DNA from: Camelus ferus
Taxonomy: Eukaryota
DNA length: 64,000 nt
Assembly (NCBI RefSeq): GCF_009834535.1
Contig: NC_045732.1
Span: 77,810,001 to 77,874,000 of the forward strand
Direction of reading: 5' to 3'
The translations under genes and the position numbers were made by a program. Of the stretch, positions 24,301-37,620 are shown piece after piece; the stretch's first letter is position 1, and each line of letters begins with the position of its first letter. A model generated the notes under the pieces. It was given only the letters and a program-made list of their open reading frames with translations, made no database searches and was not told the DNA's origin.

Positions 24301-27300
24301 GGGTGAAAGAGACTGCTGACTTCAAGGTCTACACGAAGGGCGCGGGCAGTGGGGAGCTGAAGGTCACTGTGAAGGGTCCCAGTAAGTTGACCTGCAGCTG
24401 GGGTGGGCAGTGCTGGCCCCAGGCCACTGCCGGCCAGGCCTGAGGCCCTTCCTCGTCTCTGGCAGAGGGCGAGGAGCGTGTGAAACAGAAGGACCTGGGG
24501 GACGGCGTCTATGGCTTCGAGTATTATCCTGTGGTCCCTGGCACGTACATCGTCACCATCACGTGGGGAGGCCAGAACATTGGGCGCAGGTGAGGCTGTG
24601 GGCAGAGCGCTCAGAGGTGGTGCTCTTCTCCCCTGTGGGTTTCGGGCAGGCTGCTGTCCAAGACGGGGCCCCTCAGCCCTCCCTGATGTGGCTCTCTCCT
24701 CGCAGCCCCTTCGAGGTGAAGGTGGGCACTGAGTGTGGCAATCAGAAGGTGCGGGCCTGGGGCCCTGGGCTGGAGGGAGGCGTCGTTGGCAAGTCAGCCG
24801 ACTTTGTGGTAGAAGCCATCGGGGACGATGTAGGCACCCTGGGTGAGTTGGAGGCTGCAATGTGGGTGCCTGGGGGGCAGGGGGCGGCGAGGGCCACCCT
24901 TCCCAGGCTCCGGGACACTGATGGAGCTGGCGGCTGTTGTCAGGCTTCTCGGTGGAGGGCCCATCACAGGCCAAGATCGAATGTGATGACAAGGGCGATG
25001 GCTCCTGTGACGTGCGCTACTGGCCCCAGGAGGCTGGCGAGTATGCTGTGCATGTGCTGTGCAACAGTGAAGATATCCGCCTGAGCCCCTTCATGGCGGA
25101 CATCCGCGAAGCCCCCCAGGATTTCCATCCAGACAGGGTAAAGGGCATGTGCCACTGGCCAGGTCTCTGACCTCCTTCTACCTCCGCTTAGGGGCTGGGC
25201 TGGGGGCAGGAAGCCTGGGCTGGTATCCCCGGTGGTGTGCTCCTGCCACTCTGTCTACGGTGGCCTGCACTTGGTCTCCTGAGATCTGGGTGGCCTCCCA
25301 TTAGGTGAAGGCACGTGGGCCCGGATTGGAGAAGACAGGTGTGGCTGTCAACAAGCCGGCGGAGTTCACGGTGGATGCCAAGCACGGCGGGAAGGCTCCT
25401 CTCAGGGTCCAAGTCCAGGTCAGGTGCCCACTCATGGGGGTGGGGTGGGCAGGTGCCCAGGCCTGGATACTGACTAGGAGGCCGCCTACTACCGCCTGCC
25501 TTCCAGGACAATGAGGGCTGCCCTGTGGAGGCATCAGTCAAGGACCACGGCAATGGCACTTACAGCTGCTCCTATGTGCCCCGGAAGCCTGTGAAGCACA
25601 CGGCCATGGTGTCTTGGGGCGGCGTCAGCATCCCCAACAGCCCCTTCCGGGTGAGCCTACCCTCTGTGGGCCTCGAACTGGCCTGGAGCCTGCTTCCCTA
25701 GGGTGCCTGCTTTGTTCTCATCCAGCTCTGTTCAATAAAACTTGAATAGCCTACAGCTGACCCCTCTTGAACATACACCTCGGTAGTTTTGAGTAAGTTC
25801 AGAGTTATGCAGCCATCACCACATCAAAGAGGAGGACGTTTTCGCCATTCCTAAGAGAAACTCCTCCACCCGCTAGCGCCTCGCCCCCCACCCCCGCCCA
25901 GCCCTCAGCAACCCCTCATCTGCTTTCCTATAGGAGGTGGCCTTCTGTTCCTGGCTGCTTTCACTCAGCATCCCCTTTTGTGCTTCTGCCTTTTTATTGC
26001 TGACCAGCACTCCATTGTACAGAGAGACCACGTTTTACTTATCTGGTCATTTGTTGATGGACATTTGGGATTTTCTCACCTTTTGGCTGTTGTGAACAGT
26101 GCCGCTGTGAACGTTCAAGTACAAGTGTTTGTGTGGATGAGTGATCTTGTTTTTCTGGGTGGACAGATTTCACATCTGAGTGGAATTGCAGCAGTACGTA
26201 GTCACTTTATGTGTAATTGAGGAACCACCAGATGACTTCCTGAGGTGGTTGCACCATTTTGCTTGCCTGCTGATGGTGGGTGAAAAAGCCCCAGTGGCTA
26301 CTGCAGGCTGGTCATGCCCCTGCGCTTGCCCCATGCCTTGCAGGTGAACGTGGGAGCAGGCAGCCACCCAAACAAGGTCAAGGTGTACGGTCCAGGAGTG
26401 GCCAAGACGGGGCTCAAGGCTCACGAGCCCACCTACTTCACTGTGGACTGCACGGAGGCCGGCCAGGGTAAGGCCCCGACTCAAGAGTGGGTAGGCGAGT
26501 GGGCAAGGCATCTCTGTGAGTCCCAGCCTCCACCCCCTCCCCCACTACAGGCGACGTCAGCATTGGCATCAAGTGCGCCCCTGGCGTAGTGGGCCCCACC
26601 GAGGCTGATATTGACTTTGACATCATCCGCAATGACAATGACACCTTCACAGTCAAGTATACACCCCGTGGGGCTGGCAGCTACACCATCATGGTCCTCT
26701 TTGCTGACCAGGTGGGTGCTGCTGCTCCCGGTCCCTCACTCTGCTGGGTGCTGGGGTGCTGCTCCCCTCTCAGTCTTTCCCCTCCCACCCACTGCAGGCC
26801 ACGCCCACCAGCCCCATCCGTGTCAAGGTGGAGCCCTCCCATGATGCCAGCAAGGTGAAGGCCGAGGGCCCTGGTCTCAGTCGCACTGGTGAGGACGAGT
26901 ACCGTGTGGGGAGGTCGCGGGGCAAGACCCAAGGTACCCCTACAGGGTCTCTCACTGTGTCTCCTCAGGTGTTGAGCTTGGCAAACCTACCCACTTCACG
27001 GTCAATGCCAAAGCTGCTGGCAAAGGCAAGCTGGATGTCCAGTTCTCCGGGCTGGCCAAGGGGGACGCGGTGCGTGATGTGGACATCATTGACCATCATG
27101 ACAATACCTACACTGTCAAGTACACTCCCGTGCAGCAGGTAGCCACCCGGCCCCCCATCGCTGCACCTTCCACCACACCTGCTGAGCCTTTGGGCCTCCT
27201 CGCTTGGTGGGCTTGGTGGGCAGCTCTAGGGGCCTTCCCACCCACTCTTGTTTCCTACCTGGTAGGGAGTGGGCATGGGAGTCTGGGGGGCAGTGGGAGA

Positions 27301-30300
27301 GCAAAGCCAGTGCTTCTCTGATGCCCCCTCCCCATGCCCAATTTGGGAAGCCATGGGCCAGGGAGACCAAGATCATGACCCATGACTCTGCCTTCTGTAC
27401 CCCTCCCAGGGCCCAGTGGGCATCAATCTCACTTATGGAGGGGACCCTATCCCAAAGAGCCCCTTCTCAGTGGCGGTGTCTCCAAGCCTGGACCTGAGCA
27501 AGATCAAGGTGTCCGGCCTGGGAGAGAGTAAGTAGTTGTGTTCCTGGTCACAGTCACTGAGAACATGCCCTGGGGCTGCCTGGGTAGGGCGGCACGGTTC
27601 TCTCCCTCTTTTCATCATCTCAACAGAGGTGGATGTTGGCAAAGACCAGGAGTTCACAGTTAAGTCGAAGGGTGCTGGTGGCCAAGGCAAAGTGGCCTCC
27701 AAGATCGTGGGCCCCTCTGGGGCAGCAGTACCCTGCAAGGTGGAGCCAGGCCTGGGGGCTGACAACAGTGTGGTGCGTTTTGTGCCCCGTGAGGAGGGGC
27801 CCTATGAGGTAGAGGTGACCTACGATGGTGTCCCTGTGCCTGGCAGCCCCTTTCCTCTGGAAGCTGTGCCCCCCACCAAACCTAGCAAGGTAATTGGGTT
27901 TTGGGGGGCACCCCATCTTCTCTAGACTCGCCCTCACCCTTTCTCGCTTTTGTCCTTTTGAGCAATGGCCCTGCTCTGGCCTGCCTGTGCCCCTGCCTGT
28001 GCCCCTGCCTGGTTGGGGAGGGAAGCTGGAACAAGAGGAGGTAGATGGAAGGTCAGGCTGGGGGTCTTAGGGTCAAGGGTCAGGGAGGTTCTCCTGACTT
28101 GCCCCTCCTCCCTCAGGTGAAAGCCTTTGGGCCGGGGCTACAGGGGGGCAGTGCAGGCTCCCCTGCCCGCTTCACCATCGACACCAAGGGTGCCGGCATG
28201 GGCGGCCTGGGCCTGACGGTGGAGGGCCCCTGCGAGGCCCAGCTCGAGTGCCTGGACAACGGGGATGGCACGTGCTCTGTGTCCTATGTGCCTACTGAGC
28301 CTGGGGACTACAACATCAACATCCTCTTCGCTGACACTCACATCCCTGGCTCCCCGTTCAAGGCCCATGTGGTTCCCTGCTTTGACGCATCCAAGGTCAA
28401 GTGCTCGGGCCCTGGGCTGGAGCGGGCCACCGCCGGTGAGGCAGGCCAGTTTCACGTGGACTGTTCAAGTGCAGGCAGCGCAGAGCTGACCATTGAGATC
28501 CGCTCTGAGGCCGGGCTGCCGGCTGAGGTGCACATCCAGGACCACGGCGACGGCACACACACCATCACCTACATCCCCCTTTGCCCCGGGGCCTACACCG
28601 TCACCATCAAGTACGGTGGCCAGCCCGTACCCAACTTCCCCAGCAAGCTGCAGGTGGAGCCTGCGGTGGACACCTCGGGTGTCCAGTGCTACGGGCCTGG
28701 AATCGAGGGCCAAGGTGAGGGGCCGTGGCGTGGGGCAGGGAGCCCAGGGGAGCCCGGGCCCCTGGAGCCCCGCACTTCCTCTCCATGCCTCTCTGCAGGC
28801 GTCTTCCGAGAAGCCACCACTGAGTTCAGCGTAGATGCCCGGGCTCTGACGCAGACCGGAGGGCCGCACGTTAAGGCTCGTGTGGCCAACCCCTCAGGCC
28901 ACCTGACCGAGACCTATGTGCAGGACTGTGGTGATGGCACCTACAAAGTGGAGTACACGCCTTATGAGGAGGGTGCGTGCTGGGGCACCTGAGGGCTGAG
29001 GGGCAGGGGTAGGGCGGCCCAAGCTCCTCCTGACCCAGCCCACCCTCCTCCAGGACTCCACTCTGTGGACGTGACCTATGACGGCAGCCCTGTGCCCAGC
29101 AGTCCCTTCCAGGTGCCTGTGACTGAGGGCTGCGACCCATCCCGAGTGCGTGTCCATGGGCCAGGCATCCAGAGTGGCACCACCAACAAGCCCAACAAGT
29201 TCACCGTGGAGACCAGGTGAGTGAGAGCCCAAGGGGCAGGGGCTGCCGTGGGCCTTGGAACCCCGGGGAGTAACAGCGGTCTGTTTGGCCTAGGGGAGCT
29301 GGCACAGGGGGCCTGGGCCTGGCTGTAGAGGGCCCCTCCGAGGCCAAGATGTCCTGCATGGACAATAAGGATGGCAGCTGCTCAGTCGAGTACATCCCCT
29401 ACGAGGCAGGCACCTACAGCCTTAATGTCACCTATGGTGGCCACCAGGTGCCAGGTGAGGAGGTGGGTCAGCTGGGGCTGGGCTGGGACCACCTGCGCAC
29501 CCTCCACTGTGTCTCATATGGCTGCCATCCTTCCCGTCCCCCTACCCAGGCAGTCCTTTCAAGGTCCCTGTGCATGATGTGACAGATGCATCCAAGGTCA
29601 AGTGCTCTGGGCCTGGCCTGAGCCCAGGCATGGTCCGTGCCAACCTCCCTCAGTCCTTCCAGGTGGACACGAGCAAGGCCGGCGTGGCCCCGCTGCAGGT
29701 CAAAGTGCAGGGGCCTAAAGGTGAGTGTTCACATGCCTGGGAGCAGGAGTCAGGTCAGGAGGGTATGGTCTTCTTTGAGGGGCCAGGGAAGGAGACCGGA
29801 GGCTCGGCACACAGAGGGTGGGGCTAGTGTGCTGGCAGTTGATGGAGAAGCCTCAGGGGACACTGCTGCCAGTGCCCAGGGTCAGGGGACTGAAAGGAGG
29901 TAGAACAGACTGGACGTGGCCACTGAGCAGATGTGGCAGGAGGGAGGGAGAGCAGGGGTCTGAGGTGGCACTCAGGGGCTCAGGGCCATTCCTGGGGACA
30001 GGCCAGTGAGGGAAACCGAGGTCTAGACCTGGGTTGGAGGCTGGGTACACAGCCAAGGCTCAGCTTCTAGTGTCGTGGGCCTGGAGGCCCAGGACTAGCT
30101 GAGGCTCTGTCTCTGGGACTGGGGCCAGGCCTGGTGGAGCCAGTGGACGTGGTGGACAATGCTGATGGTACCCAGACCGTCAACTATGTGCCCAGCCGTG
30201 AGGGGCCCTACAGCATCTCTGTGCTGTATGGGGAAGAAGAGGTTCCCCGAAGGTAAGAGTCAGGGCCCACTGCCTGTGGGGAGGGGCCCCCGGCTGGGTG

Positions 30301-33300
30301 CCAAAATCCCTTCTGACCACTTTTAACATCCCGGCCCAATAGCCCCTTCAAGGTCAAGGTGCTGCCTACGCATGATGCCAGCAAGGTAAAGGCCAGCGGC
30401 CCTGGGCTCAACACCACTGGTGTGCCTGCCAGCCTGCCTGTGGAGTTCACCATTGATGCGAAGGATGCAGGGGAGGGTCTGCTGGCTGTCCAGATCACGG
30501 TGAGCTGACCACATGGGTGGCCACCTGGCCCTGCTGTTTTGCAGCTCTGGCCACATGGAAGGCGAGGAAGGGGAAGGTCCCAGGCTGGAGTGGTGGGTGG
30601 TGTGGGGCATGCAGCCTGGGGCAGATGGCCCAATCCGGCTCTCTGATCTGCCTTGGGAGCTTTGTGCAGGGGCAGGTCCCCTGCCTCTGGGATGGTAATG
30701 ACAGACAGGGGCTTCCCCACACACGCACTTGCTCACTTCTAACTGAGCTCGTTACGTTACTGAAGCCCTTATAGTGCCTCAACTTGCCCACCTGGAACAT
30801 TCTCTCGGGCCAGGTATGAGGCTAGGCTGGTGAGATCTTCTGGGGGAGTTCCTCCTAATGCTGGGCAGACCCTGCGGTGGAGGGTGGGAGCTGAGAGGTG
30901 CTCATGGGGATAAAGGAGAATGGGTGCCAAGTTTTCTGGCCTTGCCTGTTGTCACATGGGGGAGCACTGGGCATTTGAGGGCTTCTCTTCTGGGCCCTGC
31001 CCATGGGGGAGTAAGGGACAGTGTAGGATGCAGGCAGCCGTTTTGGGCCAAGGTGGTTGAGTGGCTCGCAGGTGTCCTTGCAGCAGCAGTGCTTGACCCT
31101 TGATGCTTTGAGAGGGCCTGAGGTAATCCCAGGCCTGACTGGGCTTGGGCCAACTGCCTCCCCTGGGCTCTGCCACACAGGACCCCGAGGGCAAGCCCAA
31201 GAAGACGCACATCCAAGACAACCATGACGGCACGTACACGGTGGCCTACGTGCCAGACGTGACGGGCCGCTACACCATCCTCATCAAGTATGGTGGCGAT
31301 GAGATCCCCTTCTCCCCATACCGCGTCCGGGCTGTGCCCACTGGGGATGCCAGCAAGTGCACCGTCACAGGTGAGCCTGCCCGCCAGCGGCCACGGCGCT
31401 CAGNNNNNNNNNNNNNNNNNNNNNNNNNNNNNNNNNNNNNNNNNNNNNNNNNNNNNNNNNNNNNNNNNNNNNNNNNNNNNNNNNNNNNNNNNNNNNNNNN
31501 NNNNNNNNNNNNNNNNNNNNNNNNNNNNNNNNNNNNNNNNNNNNNNNNNNNNNNNNNNNNNNNNNNNNNNNNNNNNNNNNNNNNNNNNNNNNNNNNNNNN
31601 NNNNNNNTCCTCTTCCATGCTGATTCCCAGGACAGTTCCAGCTGCAGCTCTTGGCAGGGACAGAGGGGGGAACTGGAGGGTTAGGGCCCAGGGAGGCCTC
31701 CGGAGCTGAGCATGAGCACTCCAGCCCTCCCCTTCTCTGGGCCTCCGTTTCCCCATCTGAGAAGTCGGGTTGCAGCTGAGAGCTTTGGGGTGTGGTGCAT
31801 CCTGAGAGGCACCCCACTGGGGGCTCTGGGGTCTGGGGATCTGGGCACCCCCGGGAAGTCCCAGGGGCAGGCAGCAAGCCCTTTCTTTTCACTTCCTCCT
31901 TCTGTGTTAAGGGCTCTCACATGGGGTCTCCCTCAAGCCATGGGAGTCCCCGGCCCTGGCCGGATCCACAGACCCCCACCCCCACCTCCCAGAGGCCTCT
32001 GCATCCCGGGCCGGGGGAGGCGCAGACTGCATGAGTGGGCGGGGCTGGCTAGTAGTGCGGCAGCACCGGCGTCGACTGCTTGGGCGGCCAGCATGGCGGG
32101 GCCCGGCCCAGCCTCAGAGCCCCAAAGTGCACTCGGTGGCCCACCCACCCTCCCCACATCCTTCCCTCCCCCTACTCCCTCAGCAGTGACGTTATTCAGA
32201 TGGTCCCCAACTAGGCATGGAGATCCTCCTGCTCAGGCATGGGAGGGAGAGCCAGCCCAGGCCAAGGGCACCTATGAGAGGCAGTAACTACACGGGAGCC
32301 TCGGAAGGCTGCAGGCCTGGAGCTTGGGCGAGGCGGCCAGGGATAAAGTTAGAGGGTGGCTGGGGTTTCGTGGCAGGGGTTGAGGGACTCTGTAGAGCAG
32401 GCCTTGGATTTGAGATGACAGGCATGTGTGCCTAGGGCAGGGGGACAGGGCCTTGGGGACCATGGGCAGGGTCAAGACTTAGCTGACAGAGTGGTCTCAG
32501 TTTACCTGGCCACTGTGTCCAGAATGGAGGCAGAGAGCCCAGCTGGGGAGCTGAAGTCACTTTTGGACCAGTTGGAGGGGTGGCTTGGTCTAGGCCAGTG
32601 GTGGGGGACTTGAGAGGGGAACCAAATTGGGGGGTGTACTTTGAGGATAGAGCAGCTGAGACATGCTGATGGGCTGGGCACTGGGCAGGGGAAGTGGGGA
32701 GTCCAGGCTAACTGTGAGGCCAGAAGCCCGAGTCACTAGCTAGACCGTGGGTCCAGGTTCCAAGCAGGGAGAAAATGTGTGGCTGCATGTGAGGTGAGGC
32801 CTCCCCGGGCAGGGTGGGCAGTAATGGGCCAGGTCTAGAGCTCAGGAGAGCTGCGGAAGGCCAGCATGGAGCTCAGCAGAGTGAGAGCCCTTGGCAGAGA
32901 TAAGAGCTCAGCGGCAGGCTGGCTGGGGGTTGGGGGGTCCTTGAACTTAGCCCCTGAGTCGGTTTCGGTGTTCCCTGCTGCTTCCCTAGCAGGGGCTGGG
33001 CTACAGAAAGCACTTTCGCTGCCAGGCCTCACAGCCCACAGCCCCCCAAGCCTCCACGGCTGAGCCAAGATCATAACGTCACTGTCCCCCACTTTCCTCG
33101 GGCACTCTGGGGCCCTGGAGGCTGCTCAGCTGCTCCGCTCTTGCAACCTAGCAGCCGTGGCTCTGGCTTGGGCGTCCTGTCCCCTTCCCCCTGGGTGCTG
33201 CCGCTGCCACTGCCTGCTGCGCTGTGCTGCCTGGGTGCTAACCCTGCTGCCTACCTGCTTCCCTGCTCCCAGCTCCTGCCTGCAACGGGCCATGCCCAGC

Positions 33301-35376
33301 CGTCCCTTTCTGCAAGCCTCCAAGCGAGAGTTCTCAGTTGTCAGGAAACTCCAATTGCACCTTCAGGCCGGGGTGGGGCGGGAGGCGAGTGTCACATTCT
33401 CCCACGCTGCAGCAGGACTCCGCCTCACTGCGTCTGCACACAGCACTGGGGGCCAGGCCGCAGGGGCGAAGGCAGCTGTGGACCCAGCTGGAGCACTGGC
33501 ATTGGTCAGTGTGGTCCATGGCGCCAGCTGAGGCCAAGTTGGCAGGGGAGGTGGCGGCCAATGCTGGTGCCCTGACAGCATGTGGCCCTCCAGGCCCTTC
33601 CTTCCTCTTAAGACACCTGAGTGCCACCCGTCAGGCCTTCCCCACGTAGGGGATTTCCCCAAGATAGCACTGCCTGGCTTGAGGTGGCTCAGGGGAACCT
33701 TTCCTGCCTTCTGAGAAATCACTCACCATCCCAGCTTGGAGGGGGTGGGGGCAGGAGGCCTGGCTATGCTTGGTGGCAGTAAGAGGCCTGGGCGGGTGGC
33801 AAGTGGACAGGAGCAGCCCGAGCACCAAGCTCATGCACCGGCCCCCACTTTGGGGACCCACCCTGCCCCACCAGGTGCTGGCATCGGCCCCACCATCCAG
33901 ATTGGAGAGGAGACAGTGATCACTGTGGACACCAAGGCGGCGGGCAAAGGCAAGGTGACCTGCACCGTGTGCACACCCGACGGCTCTGAGGTGGACGTGG
34001 ATGTGGTAGAGAATGAGGACGGCACCTTCGACATCTTCTATACGGCTCCCCAGCCTGGCAAATATGTCATCTGCGTGCGCTTTGGTGGCGAACACGTGCC
34101 CAACAGCCCCTTCCAAGTGACGGTCAGGAGGGGCCAGGGGTGAGGGGTCTGGGCAGGGCCTGGCCTGCCCCCTGCCCTGGGGCTCACCTTGACCAGAGTC
34201 TCTAGCTCTTGTACGTTGCTCTGCAGGCTCTGGCCGGAGATCAGCCCATGGCACAGACCCCACTGCGGCCTCAGCAGCTGGCCCCACCATACACCTATGC
34301 CCAGGGTGGCCAACAGACCTGGGTATGGCCTGGCCCACCTCTTCCTAGCTTACCTAGCCCTAGGGGACACTTGGGGACTGGCCAGCTGGGTGTCCCGTGT
34401 GGCCCTCTTCTGCTGCCTTTGTGGAGGGACCCCATATCCTCCCACTTGGGACTCCCCTCCCTTCAATAGCTCCCGACCCAGGCCCTTTGTGTCCACTGCA
34501 GGCTCCAGAAAGACCCTTGGTGGGTGTCAATGGGCTGGATGTGACCAGCCTGAGGCCCTTCGACCTTGTCATCCCCTTCACCATCAAGAAGGGCGAGATC
34601 ACCGGTGAGCAGGGCGGGAAGGAGCTCTAGGGAGGCCAGGGTGTGCCGACGGGCTGCCCTGACCCCAACCCCACTGCCCTGCAGGGGAGGTACGGATGCC
34701 CTCGGGCAAAGTGGCGCAGCCGGCTATCACCGACAACAAAGATGGCACTGTGACTGTGCGCTACGCGCCCAGCGAGGCTGGCCTGCATGAGATGGACATC
34801 CGCTACGATAACATGCACATCCCAGGTGCGTCACGCAGCCAGCCGTCACCACCTCACAGGGGCCTGGGGCTGGGGGAAGGACTTGGGGACAACCCAAGGC
34901 CCCCATTCCACATAGCCCCCTTCCTGCCTTAGGAAGCCCCCTACAGTTCTACGTGGATTATGTCAACTGCGGCCACGTCACAGCCTACGGGCCTGGCCTT
35001 ACCCATGGGGTGGTGAACAAGCCTGCTGTTTTCACGGTCAACACCAAGGATGCAGGAGAGGGTGAGCGTTGGCTCTAGTTTTAACCTGCCTGTGTGTTGC
35101 GAGATGCCATCATCTGATAGAGAACTGTATGCTGGAGACACTCCCCAAAGGGCATTCCCCACCCTGCCACCTGGGCCTCTCCTTGCCTGTTGGGGCTTCT
35201 CATTGGTGCAGTGTCTCCGGTCACAGTTCCCACCCTCACCCACAACTCTCTCCAGGGGGCTTGTCCCTGGCCATTGAGGGCCCATCCAAAGCAGAAATCA
35301 GCTGTACTGACAACCAGGACGGGACGTGCAGCGTCTCCTACCTGCCTGTGCTGCCTGGTGACTACAGCATCCTGGT
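18308..35376 (+). CDS. FLNA: Filamin-A, coding exons 2-36 (3'-partial; exons 37-48 not in the assembled sequence)
   Basis: Exon 2 acceptor 18193, ATG 18308 ([14 protein letters not shown]). Exons: 18308-18680, 21753-22001, 22090-22187, 22309-22456, 22868-22986, 23079-23156, 23247-23409, 23499-23699, 24244-24381, 24466-24589, 24706-24842, 24944-25137, 25305-25418, 25507-25650, 26344-26467, 26551-26711, 26798-26888, 26969-27138, 27410-27527, 27627-27889, 28117-28714, 28799-28972, 29054-29216, 29294-29454, 29550-29720, 30129-30252, 30343-30499, 31181-31370, (24-nt exon 30 expected in gap), 33875-34122, 34227-34322, 34502-34604, 34685-34825, 34933-35061, 35256-gap. All GT-AG and in frame. CH domains ([28 protein letters not shown]) and filamin Ig repeats (..GPG.., SPF) present. 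Confidence 0.99.
19900..19909. promoter_or_regulatory. CArG box (SRF site) in FLNA intron 2
   Basis: CCATATAAGG; AP-1 TGAGTCA at 19757-19763 nearby. Confidence 0.65.
25760..26260 (-). mobile_element. Old L1 (L1M-type) 3' fragment in FLNA intron 15
   Basis: Typical antisense L1M text (ttgttgatggacatttgggattttc...gtgaacagtgccgctgtgaacgttcaagtacaagtgtttgtgtgg); boundaries approximate. Confidence 0.75.
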
Positions 35377-35476
35377 NNNNNNNNNNNNNNNNNNNNNNNN
35401 NNNNNNNNNNNNNNNNNNNNNNNNNNNNNNNNNNNNNNNNNNNNNNNNNNNNNNNNNNNNNNNNNNNNNNNNNNNN
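35377..35476. other. 100-N assembly gap of unknown size hiding the FLNA 3' end
   Basis: Exactly 100 N starting mid-exon 36; unrelated L1-derived sequence resumes afterwards. Confidence 0.95.
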
Positions 35477-35857
35477 GATCAGCCACGGTTGGTTCAAGCG
35501 TTCACCCACTGAAGAACGTATTGCTTGTTCCCACTTTTAGGCTTCTACAAAGGAATCTGCTGAGAACATTCGTGTACAGGTTTCCCGTCGTCGTTACGTT
35601 TCCATTTCTTTGGCATAAACGGCCACCAGTGCAATTGCTGGGTCCTACGGAGGTGGATGTGTAGCTTTAAAAGAAACTGCCAAACTGCCTTCCACTGGGG
35701 CTGTATCATTTTCCATGACCACCCTCGCATATTGTTTAAGCACATAATTGAACATTGTTACAAAACATTATTTTAAGCAAGAGTGTTAATAGTTTTGTTT
35801 CTCTCTTCTAAACTGTATTCTTCTATGCAATCACCAACACAGTTATTCACACCGTTT

Positions 35858-35891
<34 letters not shown>

Positions 35892-36460
35892 GGACACTTG
35901 ATGGTGATTTTCTTTTAATTAGCAACAATATATCTTGGAAATTCTTCCATGTCAGGACACAAACGTCCAGCTCATTTCTTCTCTCTGGCCACATGGTATC
36001 TGATAGAATACGTGTCCTATAATTTACCTAATGGATCCCCAGTTGAGGTACCTGTACCTTTCTTCTCCTTCTTTTTGCTATTCATGTTAATGCTGCAACT
36101 CCCAACTCTGAGCTTGCGTCAATCTCCCTCTAGGATAATTCCTCTAAGTGGAACTGCCAGGTCAAAACCTGGGGGCATTTAAACTTTTAATAGACACTAT
36201 GTAATTGCTTCCCCCCAAGACCCTACTTGGTCATACACTAGGGCTGTTAGTCCTTTGTTCCGTATGTTGTAAATTCTTTCCCTCAGTCTGTCTCTTGTCT
36301 TGAGAGACTAGGCTTGCTGGTCTGGGCTGTCAAGAAGCTAGACAGACATTTTTATATGACCAAATTTATTGAATTCTCAATTGGTGTTTTCTGGGTTATG
36401 TATCTTGGGCACAAAGCCCTCCTCCCAAGTGTGAGGAGAGTGATGAGACTCGGGGCAGAA
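35477..36460 (-). mobile_element. Old L1M fragments with an (AC)14 microsatellite at 35861-35888
   Basis: Antisense L1M-like text (ctgccaaactgccttccactggggctgtatcattttcc; taggataattcctctaagtggaactgcc); boundaries approximate. Confidence 0.7.
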
Positions 36461-36492
36461 TTTCTGAGTCCCCATAGCCAATTCCTTGTCTG

Positions 36493-36618
36493 TTTTTTTT
36501 TTTTTGGGGGGGGGGCTAATTATTTTTTAAGTATTTTTTTTTTAAATGGAGGTACTGGGGAATGAACCCAGAACGTCATGCACGCTAAGCATGCACTCTT
36601 CCACCGAGCTATACCCCA
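36493..36618 (-). mobile_element. Vic-1-like SINE
   Basis: ggaggtactggggaatgaacccag...gagctatacccc preceded by a poly-T tail. Confidence 0.85.
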
Positions 36619-37429
36619 CTCACCGTCAATTCCTTGCGGACCCAGGCTGGTAGGGTCGGCCTGCGGCCAAATCACTCTGTGTGTGTTGGAGGAGCGGGGT
36701 GCTGCTACCTTGGCTGGGACTGGGAGCAGTGCCTCTCAGACATCCAGCCCCTGCCTTCCAGGGATGCCAGTCCAGTTTGGGAGAAAGACAAGGAATGTGT
36801 AACGAGAAGAGCCTAGTTATATTATTTCAGTGCAGGGACACGAGGGAGATCCATGAGGAAACAGCCTTGAAAACGGTGGGGGGAGGGGCTGGGTTTCCGA
36901 GGCGCTCGGAGTTAATGGGCCTCAGAAGGTGAGACAGCAGAACCGAGAATCCACCTAAAACCAGTGCTCTCGAAGGGTCACCTGCACGGTGGAAAGGAAG
37001 AACAGGCATATGAAAAGAAGTGGGTCCATCCCAGCCTGGGTCTGAGTGAGCAGGAGGAGAACCCCGCCCCCACGTCATCCTTAAGCAGGGGCTACCTCCT
37101 GGGGCCCGCCGCGGGCAGAAAGGCTTCAGCGAGCCAACCGCTGGCTGCCAGAGGAACTGCCCCCCCCCCCACTCCCCGCGCCCCCATTGTGCTGCTACTG
37201 CTGGGCTCCTGGGAGCAAACCCTGCCCGGGAGAGGACTCCTCACCCCAGGCGTCCCGTTCAGGACTCCCGGAGGCCCAGCTGAAGGCGGGTCCGCAATCT
37301 CTAACTGAAGCCACCGCCTGCCTTCACGGAAAATCAGCAGGTCTGTCAAAGAGAGGGCTGGCCCTGTCAACGACCCGCTCCCCAGGCCTTAACTGTCAGA
37401 GGCCAGATGACATCATTTTTGGCAATGGC

Positions 37430-37620
37430 TGCGAGGGTTTGCTATGTGCCTGGGCTCAGCCATCCCACCCTCTCCACAGCACTACAAGGTTGGTAGGATG
37501 CTGTCCTCACTCTCTGGATGAGGAAATGAGGACCACATGACACACAAGGGTTAGGTAGCTTGTTCTGAATCGCTAGCTAGCAAGTGGCTGAGGCCAGGTG
37601 TGGATCGAGGACTCTGGGCT
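37430..37620. mobile_element. MIR SINE fragment
   Basis: ctctctggatgaggaaatgagg...aagggttaggtagcttg...agcaagtggctgaggccagg resembles the MIR core. Confidence 0.65.

Noticed and set aside
18308-35376. FLNA as a naturally truncated gene
   Set aside because: The truncation coincides exactly with a 100-N assembly gap.
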